This document shows, piece by piece, positions 1 through 10,914 of a stretch of 64,000 nt of DNA. The notes beneath the pieces were generated by a model. The model had not been told where the DNA came from, did no database searches, and was given only the letters and a program-made list of their open reading frames with translations. The position numbers and the translations under genes are program-made. The stretch lies in the NCBI RefSeq assembly GCF_963921235.1, contig NC_086101.1, positions 4,094,001 to 4,158,000 of the forward strand. Direction: 5' to 3'. How positions within the stretch are numbered: position 1 is the first letter of the stretch; the number at the start of each line of letters is the position of its first letter. This DNA is from Mobula hypostoma. Taxonomy: Eukaryota.

Positions 1-1399
1 AGTGCAGGCTATCGCTGACCTCCCAACCCCGACAGACAAGAGGGCCCTCAGAAGGCTCTTGGAGAAGGTGGGGTACTGTAGGAAGTTTTGCAATAACTCT
101 GCGGTCACTACCCCTCCCCCTCCTACCAAGCCCTTGCGAGAGAAAACTGAGTCGGAATGGGACGACCCTTTTTATTGTGGTCCGGGACAAAACCAAATGA
201 GAGGTTACATTGATCGCAATTCATCAGTGTTTTTGGCCACTGTGAAGTTTGCTGAGTTGGAGCCTGGTCTAAGGGATTATTAATAACACCTATAAAAGGA
301 ACAGAAAATGTGATGACTGTCTGTCAAGGTGTTGACAACTTCAAATTCTCTGTATTAGCCAAATAGCTGATAAAGATGTATATTTGTGTGTGTATCAAAT
401 AATGTATTCATGTTTGTAATTTTTACCTCCCGGTAAAAATCCTTAAAAGGGGTAAGTGTGACGAGAATACACATACAATTAAGATGTTTGCTGGCCTGGG
501 TGGCATCAGCAGTTGGTCTGCCACCTGTCCTCAGGGGAAGGAGAGATAAAGAACAATGAAACAGCATCTGGAGATGTGTAATGAAGGGACGGGAGAGAGA
601 GAGCTGTCTGGAGCGGCTCCCCCTTTGAACCCTGAACTGTTTGAAGTGATGGACAGGCGATCTGGAGATGTGTAATGAAGGGACGGGGGAGAGAGAGCTG
701 TCTGGAGCGGCTCCCCCTTTGATCCCTGAACTGTTTGAAGTGATGGACGGGCGATGCCCCAGCAGGGGGATAAAAAGGGACAGGTTCGCTAAGGCAGGAC
801 ACACGACACCCGAGGTAACGAGACCCTGGAAGCGGTGCACCTCTCACGAGTCGGTGGGAAGTACCGGACAACGCACAAGGTGGAAAGGTACGATCAGCGG
901 GAACCCGGTGTGTGTCCGCCCTTGCCTGGGTGCCGGGTTCACTGCGGAGGATCGACCGCATCTGCAGGAGGGGTCACAGTCGGTGACCTCAGGTGACATC
1001 ACAAAGGACCCGCCCGAAAGCTCCTTGTGAGCAATATCGCCGGTCTGTGAGTGGAAGCCGTTTCTGAATGATCAGTCGTTCCCGTTCTCTCTCTCTCTCC
1101 CCCCACGTTGTCCATCGCCATGGCAACGATTACTGCGAACTGAACTAAATTGGACTGAACTTTTGTGTCACTTTGAAATTTGGTCATTTACCCCTAGACA
1201 ACGATAGAGCTTGATTGATGCTGTTATCTTAATTCTGTGCACATGTGTGTTTATCATTGCTGAACTGTTGCATTTATTATCCTTTTGATTACTGTGTTGC
1301 TTGTTTCTTTAATAAAACTTTCTTAGTTCTAGTAATCCCGACTCCAACTGAGTGATCCATTTCTGCTGGTTTGGCAACCGAGTTACGGGGTGCGTAACA
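1..1399 (+). mobile_element. 3' end of a Gypsy LTR retrotransposon: pol remnant (2-283), polypurine tract (445-456), 3' LTR (457-1399)
   Basis: ORF AIADLPTPTDKRALRRLL..VGYCRKF resembles the RT/RNase H connection. PPT aaaaggggtaag is followed by TGTGACG...GTAACA. AATAAA near 1311. Confidence 0.8.
567..754 (+). repeat. 94-bp tandem duplication inside the LTR
   Basis: tctggagatgtgtaatgaagggacggg...gatggacrggcga at 567-660 and 661-754. Confidence 0.9.
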
Positions 1400-1829
1400 C
1401 ATCTAAAACAAGAGAACCCCGAAGTATTCAACTACCAGTCTTGCCCTCCTGTAAACAAGTCTCACTCATGACGACCATTTTATAATTTCATGTGTAGATC
1501 GATGCCCTGAGCTCATTAGCCTTTCCTACTGTGCTTCTTGCATTGAAATATACCTAACTCAGTCATTTGTCCCACCGTACTGAAACTTTTGATTTCTGAA
1601 TTTGACATGAGATCGTAACATCCATCTCCACAACCACTCAATGATCTGTTCTGGCACTCTGCTCCCCATCACCATCAACTCTAGTTTAACACCACCCACC
1701 AGCCCACCACACCGTGCAGTACTAGCAAATCTTCCTGTTAGTATATTATTATCCCCCTCCCTTTAGGTACAAACTTTCTCTTCTGTACTGGTCTCACATT
1801 CCATGGAAGAGAGACCAATGATCCAAATC

Positions 1830-3262
1830 CAATTCCATTCTGGCGGCCCAATCAGCACACACTGAGGAGGTTCCTCACAGGTCAGCAGTGGTCGTTCAGA
1901 AGGAGAGTTTCACGGTCGTTCAGTATCATTCTGGTGGGCCAATCAGAGGCTAGAGCAACGCAGAGAGGAGTAAATAAAAATACAGAGGGGACAAGTGGAG
2001 CGGCCATTGTTGCGAGTGGGCCTATGCTGAGAGTGGGAGTGTCAGGCTTAGGTTCAAGGGAGGCTTCAGTTCGGAAGAGATGTTGGCTCTGAGTAAGTTG
2101 TCTGGGTAAGTTTCTGTTAAGTTTCCCTTTTTCTTACTGTGTCAGGTTTACTGAGTGTAGTTTAAATGTCCATTGTGTGTTCTTCATGCCAGATGCTGGA
2201 GTCCTGGGAGACCCAGAGTCTCCAGGGAACCACATCTGCGTGAAGGGCATCCAGCTACAACTCCTTGAAGACGTTGTTAGGGATCTGGAGCAGCAGCTGG
2301 ATGACCTTTGGGAGAGTGAGGAGATCATCGATCGGAGTTACAGGGAAGTAGTCACCCCTGAGTCGCAGGAGACGGGCAGCTGGGTGACTGTCAGGAGAAG
2401 GAATGGGATGGTGAACAGGCAGTTAGCACAGAGCACCCCTGTGGCCATTCCTCTCAATAATAAGTATACCGCTTTGGATACTGTTGTGGGGGATAACCTC
2501 CCAGGGGAATGCCAAGGAGACAAGGGCTACTGACACTGAGCATGGGTCCGTGGCGCAGAAGGGAAAGAGGGAGAAGAGGGGAGTGGTAATGACAGGGGAC
2601 TCAGTAGTCAAAGGAACAGACAGGAGATTCTGTGGATATGAACAGGACACCCGGGCGGTACATTGCCTCCCAGGTGCCAGGGACAGGGACGTCTTGGATC
2701 GCGTCCATAGAATTTTGGAGAGTGAGAGAGACCAGCCAGATGTCTTGGTACATATTGGTACCAATGTGATAGGAAGGAAAAGCAAAGAGGTCCTGAAGAG
2801 AGAGCTTAGAGAGCTAGGTAGAAAGCTGAGAAGCAGGATCTCCAGGATAGTAATTTCTGGATTGCTGCCTGTGAGGGTAGAAACAGGATGATTTGGCAGA
2901 TAAATGTGAGGCTGAGAAGCTGGGGCAGGGGGCAGGGCTTAAGGTTCTTGGATCATTGGGATCTCTTCTGGGGGAGATACAACCAGTTCAAAAGAAATGG
3001 GTTGCACCTGAGCCCGGGGGGTGGGGAGGAACCAATATTCTCGCGGGCAGGTTTGTTAGAGCTGTAGGGGAGGGATTAAACTAAATTGGTGGGGGGTGCA
3101 GGAACCAGGATGAAGGGATTCAGGGTACGACAGATGGTAAAAAAGCAAAGGTAGCTTGCAGTCAGAATGTCAGGAAGGGCAGGCAGATGATAGGACAGGG
3201 TGAGTAGCAGTGCATTAGGGATGCAGAATCAAAAAGGATAGCAAATACGGTACTCGAAGTGT
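1830..3262 (+). mobile_element. CR1 LINE 5' part: 5'UTR plus frameshifted ORF1 (zinc finger, leucine zipper, SGNH esterase)
   Basis: Motifs HICVK..LQLL, GDS.V.G, VHIGTN, DGLHL-like in ORFs 2177-2533 and 2484-2891. Confidence 0.85.
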
Positions 3263-3264
3263 TA

Positions 3265-3871
3265 CGAGGGGTGATTGATAAATTCGTGGTCTAAAGTAGA
3301 AGGAGTAAATTTTAGAAAACCTAGCACATTCCTACATTTACACATTTAGTCCAGCGGTCATAGAGCATACGGTTCTTGGACCTCCAGAAAGTGTCCACAG
3401 ATGGGCGATTGATAAGTTCATGGCCTAAGATAGAAAGAGTCAATTTTAGAAAGCCTAGCATAGTCAACATAGCATTTTTCAACATAGTCCCCTCCTATAA
3501 CTCACCTCCTTCTACCTTAGGCCACAAACTTATCAATCACCCCTGCTGAGTTATTAACTGATGAGTTATTAACTTCTAACTTTCTGCATAATCACTCAAA
3601 CAGTTGAACTGCATGTGCATGTAACGAGAGCTGTATCACTCATCTCCTTCTACCTTAGGCCACGAGCATATCAACCACCCCTGCTGGTGACAACTTCTGG
3701 AGGTCCAAGTCACCGAATTCTACAAAAAAGGGATTTGTATGCTCCACGGCCGCTGCACTAAGTGTGTAAGTGTAGGAGGGGACTATGTTGAAAAATGCTA
3801 TGTTGACTATGCTAGGCTTTCTAAAATTGACTCTTTCTACCTTAGGGCTTAGGCCACGAACTTATCAATCA
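3265..3871. mobile_element. Non-autonomous mariner-type element (MITE) with multiple internal TIR copies
   Basis: TA|CGAGGGGTGATTGATAA.TTCGTGG start. The TIR motif recurs direct (~3403) and inverted (~3520, ~3660, ~3852). Right end is truncated. Confidence 0.7.
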
Positions 3872-4615
3872 GAGGATGGTGAATTTGTTGAATTCGTTAC
3901 CATAGGCAGCTGCGGATGCCAGGTTTGGGTGTAGTTAGGGCAGAGATAGATAGGTTCTTGATTGGGCACCACATCAAAGGTTACGGGGAGAAGGCCAGGG
4001 ATTGGGTCTGAGGAGGAGAAAAAAGGATCAGACATGATTGAATGGCGGAGCAATGGCTTAATTCTGCTCCTATGTCTTATGGTCTCAATATTTTATGCCC
4101 TTCCTCCTACACCAACTCTTTAGTCCTGTGTTGAAATGTACCATCTTCCTATTGTGGTCTCACTAGCATCTGGCACGGGTAGCAATTGTGAGATCACAAA
4201 CTCAGAGGATGTGATGTTTAACTGAGCACCTAACTCCCTGAACTCTGTGAGGACAATGCACCCTGGCTGTTCACCCTCCCACTTAAGAATGCTGAGGACT
4301 TTTTCAGAGATGTCCCAGACCTTGGCATCCAGGAGACAACACAGCATCCGGAATCTCAGTCCCATCCATAAAAACTCCTCTCTGTCCTCTTAACCAACAA
4401 GTAACTTGCATGATCTCCCCCTTTCCCTTCTGAGCCACCGAGCCAGAGTCAGCACCAGAGACTTAACAACTGTGGCTTTCATCTGCTAGGTCATCCTCAC
4501 CCAAAAGTTTCCAAAGTAGAATATCTGTTGTTGAGGGGTACAGCCACAGGAGTGCTCTGTACTGGCTGTTTAACTACAGGCAGCTGTGGTTCTCTTCCCT
4601 CTTTCCTGTGTTCCT

Positions 4616-4946
4616 TTCCCCGATGTTGGGGAAGTCCAGAATGAGGGGGTCACAGTTTGAGGATAAAGGGGAAGCCTTTTAGGACCGAAATGAGGAAAAA
4701 CTTCTTCACACAGAGAGTGGTGAATCTGTGGAATTCTCTGCCACAGGAAACAGTTCAGGCCAGTTCATTGGCTATATTTAAGAGGGAGTTAGATATGGCC
4801 CTTGTGGCTAAAGGGATCAGGGGGTATGGAGAGAAGGCAGGTACAGGGTTTTGAGTTGGATGATCAGCCATGATCATACTGAATGGCGGTGCAGGCTCGA
4901 AGGGCCGAATGGCCTACTCCTGCACCTATTTTCTATGTTTCTATGT
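4616..4946 (+). mobile_element. CR1 3' end
   Basis: RKNFFTQRVVNLWNSLP ORF2 terminus and (ttctatgt)n tail. Confidence 0.85.
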
Positions 4947-5437
4947 CCTACACCTTGAGTGTAACTACCTCTCTATATGTCCTGCATATCACCCCCTCAA
5001 AGAATTCCCATAGATTGGTCAAGCATGAAGATTCTTCCTTAGGGAAACCATACTGACATTGAACTATTTTATCATGTGCCTCCAAGTTCTCCAAAACCAC
5101 ATCCTTAACAATTTACTCCAACATCTTCCTAACCACTGAGGTCAAACTATAATTTCTTTCCTGATGCCTCCCTCCCTTCTTGAAGAGTGTTATGACATAT
5201 GAAATTTTTCAGTCTTCCAGAACCATGCCAGAAACTATCGATTCTTGAAAGATCACAATAATATCTCCACAATTTCTTCAGCTACCTCTTTTAGAAACCT
5301 ATGGGTGTAGTCTATCAGGTCCAAGTGGTATATCTACCTTCAAATCTTTCAGTTTCCCCAGCACCTTCTCCCTAGTAATGACAATTGCACTCACTTCTGC
5401 CCCCTGACACTCTCGAACTTCTGGCATATGACTAGTG

Positions 5438-6275
5438 CAGGGGTCCCCAACCTTTTTTGCAGCGCAGACTGGTTTAATATTGACAATATTCTTGCGGACT
5501 GGCCAACCGGTCGGTGTTCAAGTAGGGTTAAACTCACCTCAACATGTCTTTTACAGTTAGGGTTGCCAACTTTCTCACTCCCAAATAAGGGACAAAAGTA
5601 GCAGTCCAATCCCAACGAAGTGTCCCGGCCCGAAACGTCGACGGTACCCTTTCCTATAGATGCTGCCTGTTGTGTTCACCAGCACTTTTTGTGCGTGTTG
5701 ACGGGACACTTGTGTTTACCCCGAGAAAGACTACCATGACCATGAAGCCTTGCGCGGGCACCTGTGTGCGCATGCGCGTACGTGCCGATTTTTCTTCCAC
5801 AAATTGGTTTTGCCTTCATCTTCCCGACTACACTGTACATACATTATTTCTACTTTACACAGGCTGTGTATTTATCATATCATTAATGCTTTTACTGTAT
5901 GTTAGAGTTATTTTAGGTTTTATGTGTTATTTGGTATGATTTGGTAGGTTATTTTTTGGGTCTGGGAACGCTCAAAAATTTTTCCCATATAAATAAATGG
6001 TAATTGCTTCTTCGCTTTATGCCATTTCGGCTTACAAAAGGTTCCATAGGAACGCTTTACCTTAGAGGGGGAAATATGAGAGAAGGGTGGTCCCGTATGG
6101 GACAAACCAATTTAGCCCAATATATCGGATGTCCTGGAAAATACAGGACAGTTGGTAACCCTATGTTCAAGTTCAACAGTGCGTGACAGGGAATGAGGAA
6201 AGGTGCAGCTGACTTGTATCGTTTCCTCGCGGCCTGGTAGCATATGCTTTGCGGCCTGGTGGTTGGGGACTGCTG
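5438..6275. mobile_element. Non-autonomous hAT (Charlie-like) element with 8-bp TSD GACTAGTG
   Basis: TIRs caggggtccccaacc / ggttggggactgctg; TSD at 5430-5437 and 6276-6283. Confidence 0.88.
5523..6163. mobile_element. Second hAT-type MITE nested in the first, 8-bp TSD TGTTCAAG
   Basis: Ends tagggtt.../...gttggtaacccta; TSD at 5515-5522 and 6164-6171; a second TIR copy tagggttgccaac at 5558. Confidence 0.75.
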
Positions 6276-6298
6276 GACTAGTGTCTTCAACAGTGAAC

Positions 6299-7140
6299 AC
6301 TGTACTCAGTTCTGGTCACCTCACTACAGGAAGGATGTGGAAACCATAGAAAGGGTGCAGAGGAGATTTACAAGGATGTTGCCTGGATTGGGGAGCATAC
6401 CTTATGAAAACAGGTTGAGAGAGCTCAGCCTTTTATCCTTGGAGCAATGGAGGATGAGAGGTGATCTAATAGAGGTGTATAAGATGATGTGGCCAAGTGG
6501 TTAAGGCATTGGACTAGCGACCTGAAGGTCGTGAGTTTGAGCCCCAGCCGAGGGAACGTGTGTGTGTCCTTGAGCAAGGCACTTAATCACACATTGCTCT
6601 GCAACGACACTGGTGCCAAGCTGTATGGGTCCTAATGCCCTTCCCTTGGACAACATTGGTGTCGTGGAGAGGGGAGACTTGCAGCATGGGCAACTGCTGG
6701 TCTTCCATACAACCTTGCCCAGGCCTGCGCCCTGGAGAGTGAAGATCTTCCAGGCGCAGATCCATGGTCTCGCAAGACTAACGGATGCCAAAACAAATAA
6801 GATGATGAGAGGCACTGATCGTGTGGATAGTCAGAGGCTTTTTCCCGGGGCTGAAATGGCTGCCACAAGAGGGCATAGGTTTAAGGTGCTTGGGAGTAGG
6901 TACAGAGGAGATGTCAGGGGTAAGTTTTTTATGCAGAGAGTGGTGAGTGCGTGGAATGGGTTGCCGGCAACGGTGGTGGAAGCGGAAACAATAGGGTCTT
7001 TTAAGAGACTCCTGGATGGATACATGGAGCTTAGAAAAATAGAGGGCTATGGGTAACCCTAGTAATTTCTAAGGTAGGGACATGTTCGGCACAACTTTGT
7101 GGGCCGATGGGCCTGTATTGTACTGTAGGTTTTCTATATT
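6299..7140 (+). mobile_element. CR1 3' fragment interrupted by a SINE
   Basis: QFWSPHYRKDV...RGDLIEVYKMM | RGTDRVDSQRLFP...WNGLP and the 3'UTR. Confidence 0.88.
6490..6796 (+). mobile_element. tRNA-derived SINE with 11-bp TSD ATAAGATGATG
   Basis: A box TGGCCAAGTGG, B-box-like GAGTTTGAGCC; TSD at 6479-6489 and 6797-6807. Confidence 0.85.
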
Positions 7141-9081
7141 CAGTTCATCTGCCACTTCTTATCCTCCATTACTACCTCTCCAGCATCATTTCCAGTGATT
7201 CAATATCTACTCGTGTCTCTCTTTTACTCTTTATATAGTTAAAAAAAAACTTTTGTTCTCCTCTTTATACTATTGGCTAGCTCATCTTCACGTTTCACCT
7301 TTTCCCTCCTTGTGGCTTTTAGGTGCCTTCTGTTGGCTTTTAAAAGCTTCCCATCCTCTAACTTCCCAGTCTCCACTCAATCCACATCTCTCATGATATG
7401 CCCTCTCTTTTGCTTTTATGTTGACTTTCCTTGTCAGCCACGGTTGTGTCATCCTGCCTTTAGAATACTTCTTCTTCTGTGGTATATATCTATCCTGCTA
7501 AATCTAAATCACTCGCAGAAACTCCAGCATTGCTGCTCTGCCATCATCCCTGCTAGTGTTCCCTTCAAATGAACTTTATCCAGCTCCTCTCTCATTCCAT
7601 TTTCTCCATTGTGATACTGAGAATTCTATCATATTATGATCAACTCTCCTAAGGGTTCCTTTACCTTAATCTCTAATCAATTCCGATTCATTGCACAACA
7701 TCCAGTTCAGAATAGCTGAGCCCTTACTGGGCTCAACCACAAGCTGCTTTAAAAAGCCATTTTGTAGGCATTCTGCAAATTCTCTCCCTCTGGGGATCCA
7801 GCACCCACCAGATTTTTCCAATTTACCAGCATATTGAAATCCTCCATGACTATCATAACATGGACTTTCTATCTCCTGTCTCTAGTTATTCAGAACTTTG
7901 GTCGGCCTGCGCATGGAATACTTTTTGCATTAGTGGAAGGATATGGAAGCTGAGGAGAGGGTCCAGGCATCACTTAGCAGGACACTACCTGGATGTAAGG
8001 ATGTCTGCTGTAAAAGGGAGTTTGGACAAACTCTTATCAATCACAAAACATTACAGCACAGTGCAGACCATGTGGCCCACAAAGTTTTGACCATCTCTAA
8101 GATCAATTTAACCCTTCCGTCCAACATACATTTTTCTATCATTCATCAGCCAGTTTGAGAGTTTCTTAAATACTCTTTTAAAACCCCATTTAATTCTCAT
8201 TAAGTGCGTGCTAAGTGCCCTTTATTTAAATGGACATAATTAAATGCGGCCATTAGAGTTTCTTAAGTGGCAGTAATGTATCTGCTTCAACCACCACTCC
8301 CGCGGTGAGTTCCACACACCCACCACTCTCTGTGTAAAACATCTCTCTCTGACATTACCCTCCAATCACATTAAAATTATCCTCCTTAATATTACCAATT
8401 TCCACCCTGGGAATTGACTGATTCTGCTTATCATCTTGTACACCTCTATCAATTCAGCTTGCATCCTCCTTCACTCCAAAGGGACAAGTCCCAGCTCACT
8501 CAACCTATTGTCAGGAAGCACATTCACTCATCCAGGCAGCATCAGGGTGCACTGTTTGTGAATCTCTCTGCAGCGCTGGAGGCTGAGGGGAGACAGGACA
8601 GAAGTTTATAAAGTCATGAGAGGCGTGGATTGGATGGATGCTCAGAATATTAACCCAGAGCAGATGCACGCAATCCAGCCTGTCATTCCCAGGGTCGAAC
8701 ATCAGAGGGCAGCACCAACGGGAGAGACCAGACCCAGCCGAGTGCAGATGCTACGCTGCACCCCCTCCGGTGTCTCCTCAGCTGGTCTGCAGCAGCAGGC
8801 AAGCCCACGGCTTGAGGCCTAGCCCCTGCTTCAGCTGGGGCTACACAGCTCCCATGTCATCTGCTATGCCGCCAGGCAAGAGTAACAGGCCTGCAGCAAC
8901 TTCCATTATCATAGTCCAACAGAGTCTTGTGATCACAAGTGAAACCACCCAGACAGTCTCCCTCAGTAATCTTGCAGGCCACCTTCACACAGCAGCGGTG
9001 ATGCTTCCAAGTACCGTAGCTGTCAGTGACACAGTTGCAGCCAGGTCAGCTCCTCTGACACATCGGCGTGCTCCTCAGATA

Positions 9082-9400
9082 TCCCGGCCGGCCCCTCCCC
9101 TGACACCCCGGCCGACCCCACCCCGACATCCCCGCCGACCCTACCCTGACACCCTGGCCGGCCCCACCCCGACACCCCGGCCGACCCTACCCCGACACCC
9201 CCGCCGACCCTACCCCGACACCCCCGCCGACCCTACCCCGACATCCCCGCCGACCCTATCCCGACACCCCGGCCGACCCTACCCCGACACCCCGGCCGAC
9301 CCCACCCCGACACGCCGGCCGGCCCCACCCCGACACCCCGGCCAACCCTACCCCGACACCCCGGCCAACCCTACCCCGACACCCCCGCCAACCCTACCCT
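9082..9400. repeat. GC-rich minisatellite, ~21-22 bp unit (ccccgacaccccggccgaccct)
   Basis: About 14 imperfect tandem units; source of the Pro-rich spurious ORF 8638-9483. Confidence 0.92.
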
Positions 9401-9429
9401 CCCAGCCTAACAAGCCTCACCACCCAACA

Positions 9430-9635
9430 ATCAACCAATTTGTCCCGAGCCTAATCACAGGACAATTTGCAATCAGCAGTTAATCCGCTAACCAGTATGT
9501 CTATGGACTGTCAGAGGAAGCTGGTGCCAGTGGAGGAAACCCACGCGCACACGGGAAAAACATACAAACTCCTTACAGGCGGTGTCCGAACTCTGACGCT
9601 CCGAGCTGAAATCGCGTGACACTAACCGCCGCGCT
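9430..9635 (-). mobile_element. SINE with V-SINE-like core
   Basis: Minus strand reads gcgtgggtttcctccactggcaccagcttcctctgacagtcca, a degenerate form of the common fish SINE core. Confidence 0.6.
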
Positions 9636-10019
9636 ATAGGGTTCAAACTTGCCTTCACAGGGACAGGAAGTGGGGAGGGGACAGAGGCGGCCGGTGATAC
9701 TGCCACACGGAAGATGCTTTGTAACCACTGCTTGGGGTGTCATTCGGGTGCCCTGTGGTTACCGGCGTTTGTAAATCCAAGAAACGTGTGCAAAATGTTG
9801 AGCGGACCGAATAGGTCAGATAGCATCTATGGAGGGGAGTCATTGGTCAACATCTCGGGCCGAAACCCTTCACCAGGAGGGCCATTTGTAATTTACCGGC
9901 TGAGCCCAAGCTCCTGCAGACCCCGACCCTGAGCCATCTCCAACCAGATGACCGTCCACTGCATGTGGTGCTCCCGATAGGGCCTCCTCTGGATTGGTCA
10001 GACCCAACCTATCCACCCC

Positions 10020-10535
10020 ACCCTCAAAAAGTGGGATCTCCTAGTGACCAAACATTTTAATTTTTACCCCCCAACCCTTTCTGGTTCCAACATGTTGTTC
10101 CTATTTTCCCACTATGGGGCCACTCTCGATCAACACTTCATATTCCGTCTGGGTAGCCTTCAACCTGATGGCACGAGCACAAATCTCTCCAACTTACAGC
10201 AAGTTTTCCCCCTCTCACCTTCAAATTCCCTCTCATGCCTCTTCTCCCACCTGCATATCATCTCCCGCCAGTACCCATCCGCCTTCTCTTTCTCCCATGT
10301 CTGCTCTCCTATCAGATTCCTTCTTCACCACCCTCTATCTTTTTCCTCCTATCACCTCCCAGCTTCACATACCACCTCCTCCCCTCCCCCCACAACCCAC
10401 CTTCTTATCCTGGCATCGTCCCCTTTCTTCTTCAGTCTGGAATAAGGATTCTGGCCCAAAACATTGACTGTCTATTAACTTCCATAGATACTGCCTGACC
10501 TTCTGAGTTCCTCCAGCATTTTGTGTGGGTTGCTG
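10020..10535 (+). mobile_element. Degenerate Penelope-like element 3' end (GIY-YIG tail plus pLTR)
   Basis: KHFN...EQHFIFRLGSLQPDG motif, pyrimidine-rich tract, degenerate hammerhead near 10433-10470. Confidence 0.75.
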
Positions 10536-10612
10536 TGGTGATAGGCAGGGTGGGACTGGGGTGGGCAGACCCACTCTGCTCTGTGATGTTGAGTGAGCGA
10601 CGGGCCGGTTAC

Positions 10613-10763
10613 CTGACAACCTTCGAATAGGTTAAAGGTTTCTCCAGTTCAATCAAGGCAATGTCGTAATCGTAAAACTGCGAGATGTTCATGTCTACTT
10701 TGGCTGCGATCGAAAACTGTGGGTGAATGTGCAGATCTTTCACTTTGGTCAATTGGTTTTCAC
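10613..10763 (-). CDS. CFB: Complement factor B/C2 family exon (serine protease, catalytic Asp), (G)ENQLTKVKDLHIHPQFSIAAKVDMNISQFYDYDIALIELEKPLTYSKVV(R)
   Basis: Acceptor aattctctgtccag, donor AG|GTAACC; 151 nt, phase 1->2. HP.F...FYDYDIAL motif is characteristic of Bf/C2. Confidence 0.93.
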
Positions 10764-10914
10764 CTGGACAGAGAATTACAGATGATGTGTAGATTAGAGA
10801 AAAAAATGCCAAAAGATCGTAAGACATAAGAGCAGAATTAGGCCATTCAGCCCATCAAGTCCAGGCTGCCATTTCATCATGGCTGATCCCAGATCCCACT
10901 CAATCCCATACACC

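Larger units (their letters stand above)
5000..7860 (-). mobile_element. Old CR1 ORF2 fragments, host to nested hAT, CR1 and SINE insertions
   Basis: Degenerate RT/linker sequence resumes after each nested insertion (about 5000-5437, 6284-6298, 7141-7860). Confidence 0.7.

Noticed and set aside
6490..6560. tRNA gene
   Set aside because: A and B boxes are present, but it is the head of a SINE with a tail and TSD and has no complete cloverleaf.
8638..9483. 281-aa proline-rich ORF
   Set aside because: Openness is explained by the stop-free GC minisatellite.
9763..9826. AG...GT-bounded segment on the minus strand as a candidate next Bf/C2 exon
   Set aside because: No frame gives the expected PICLPC-like motif, and the sequence is a degenerate Penelope pLTR piece.
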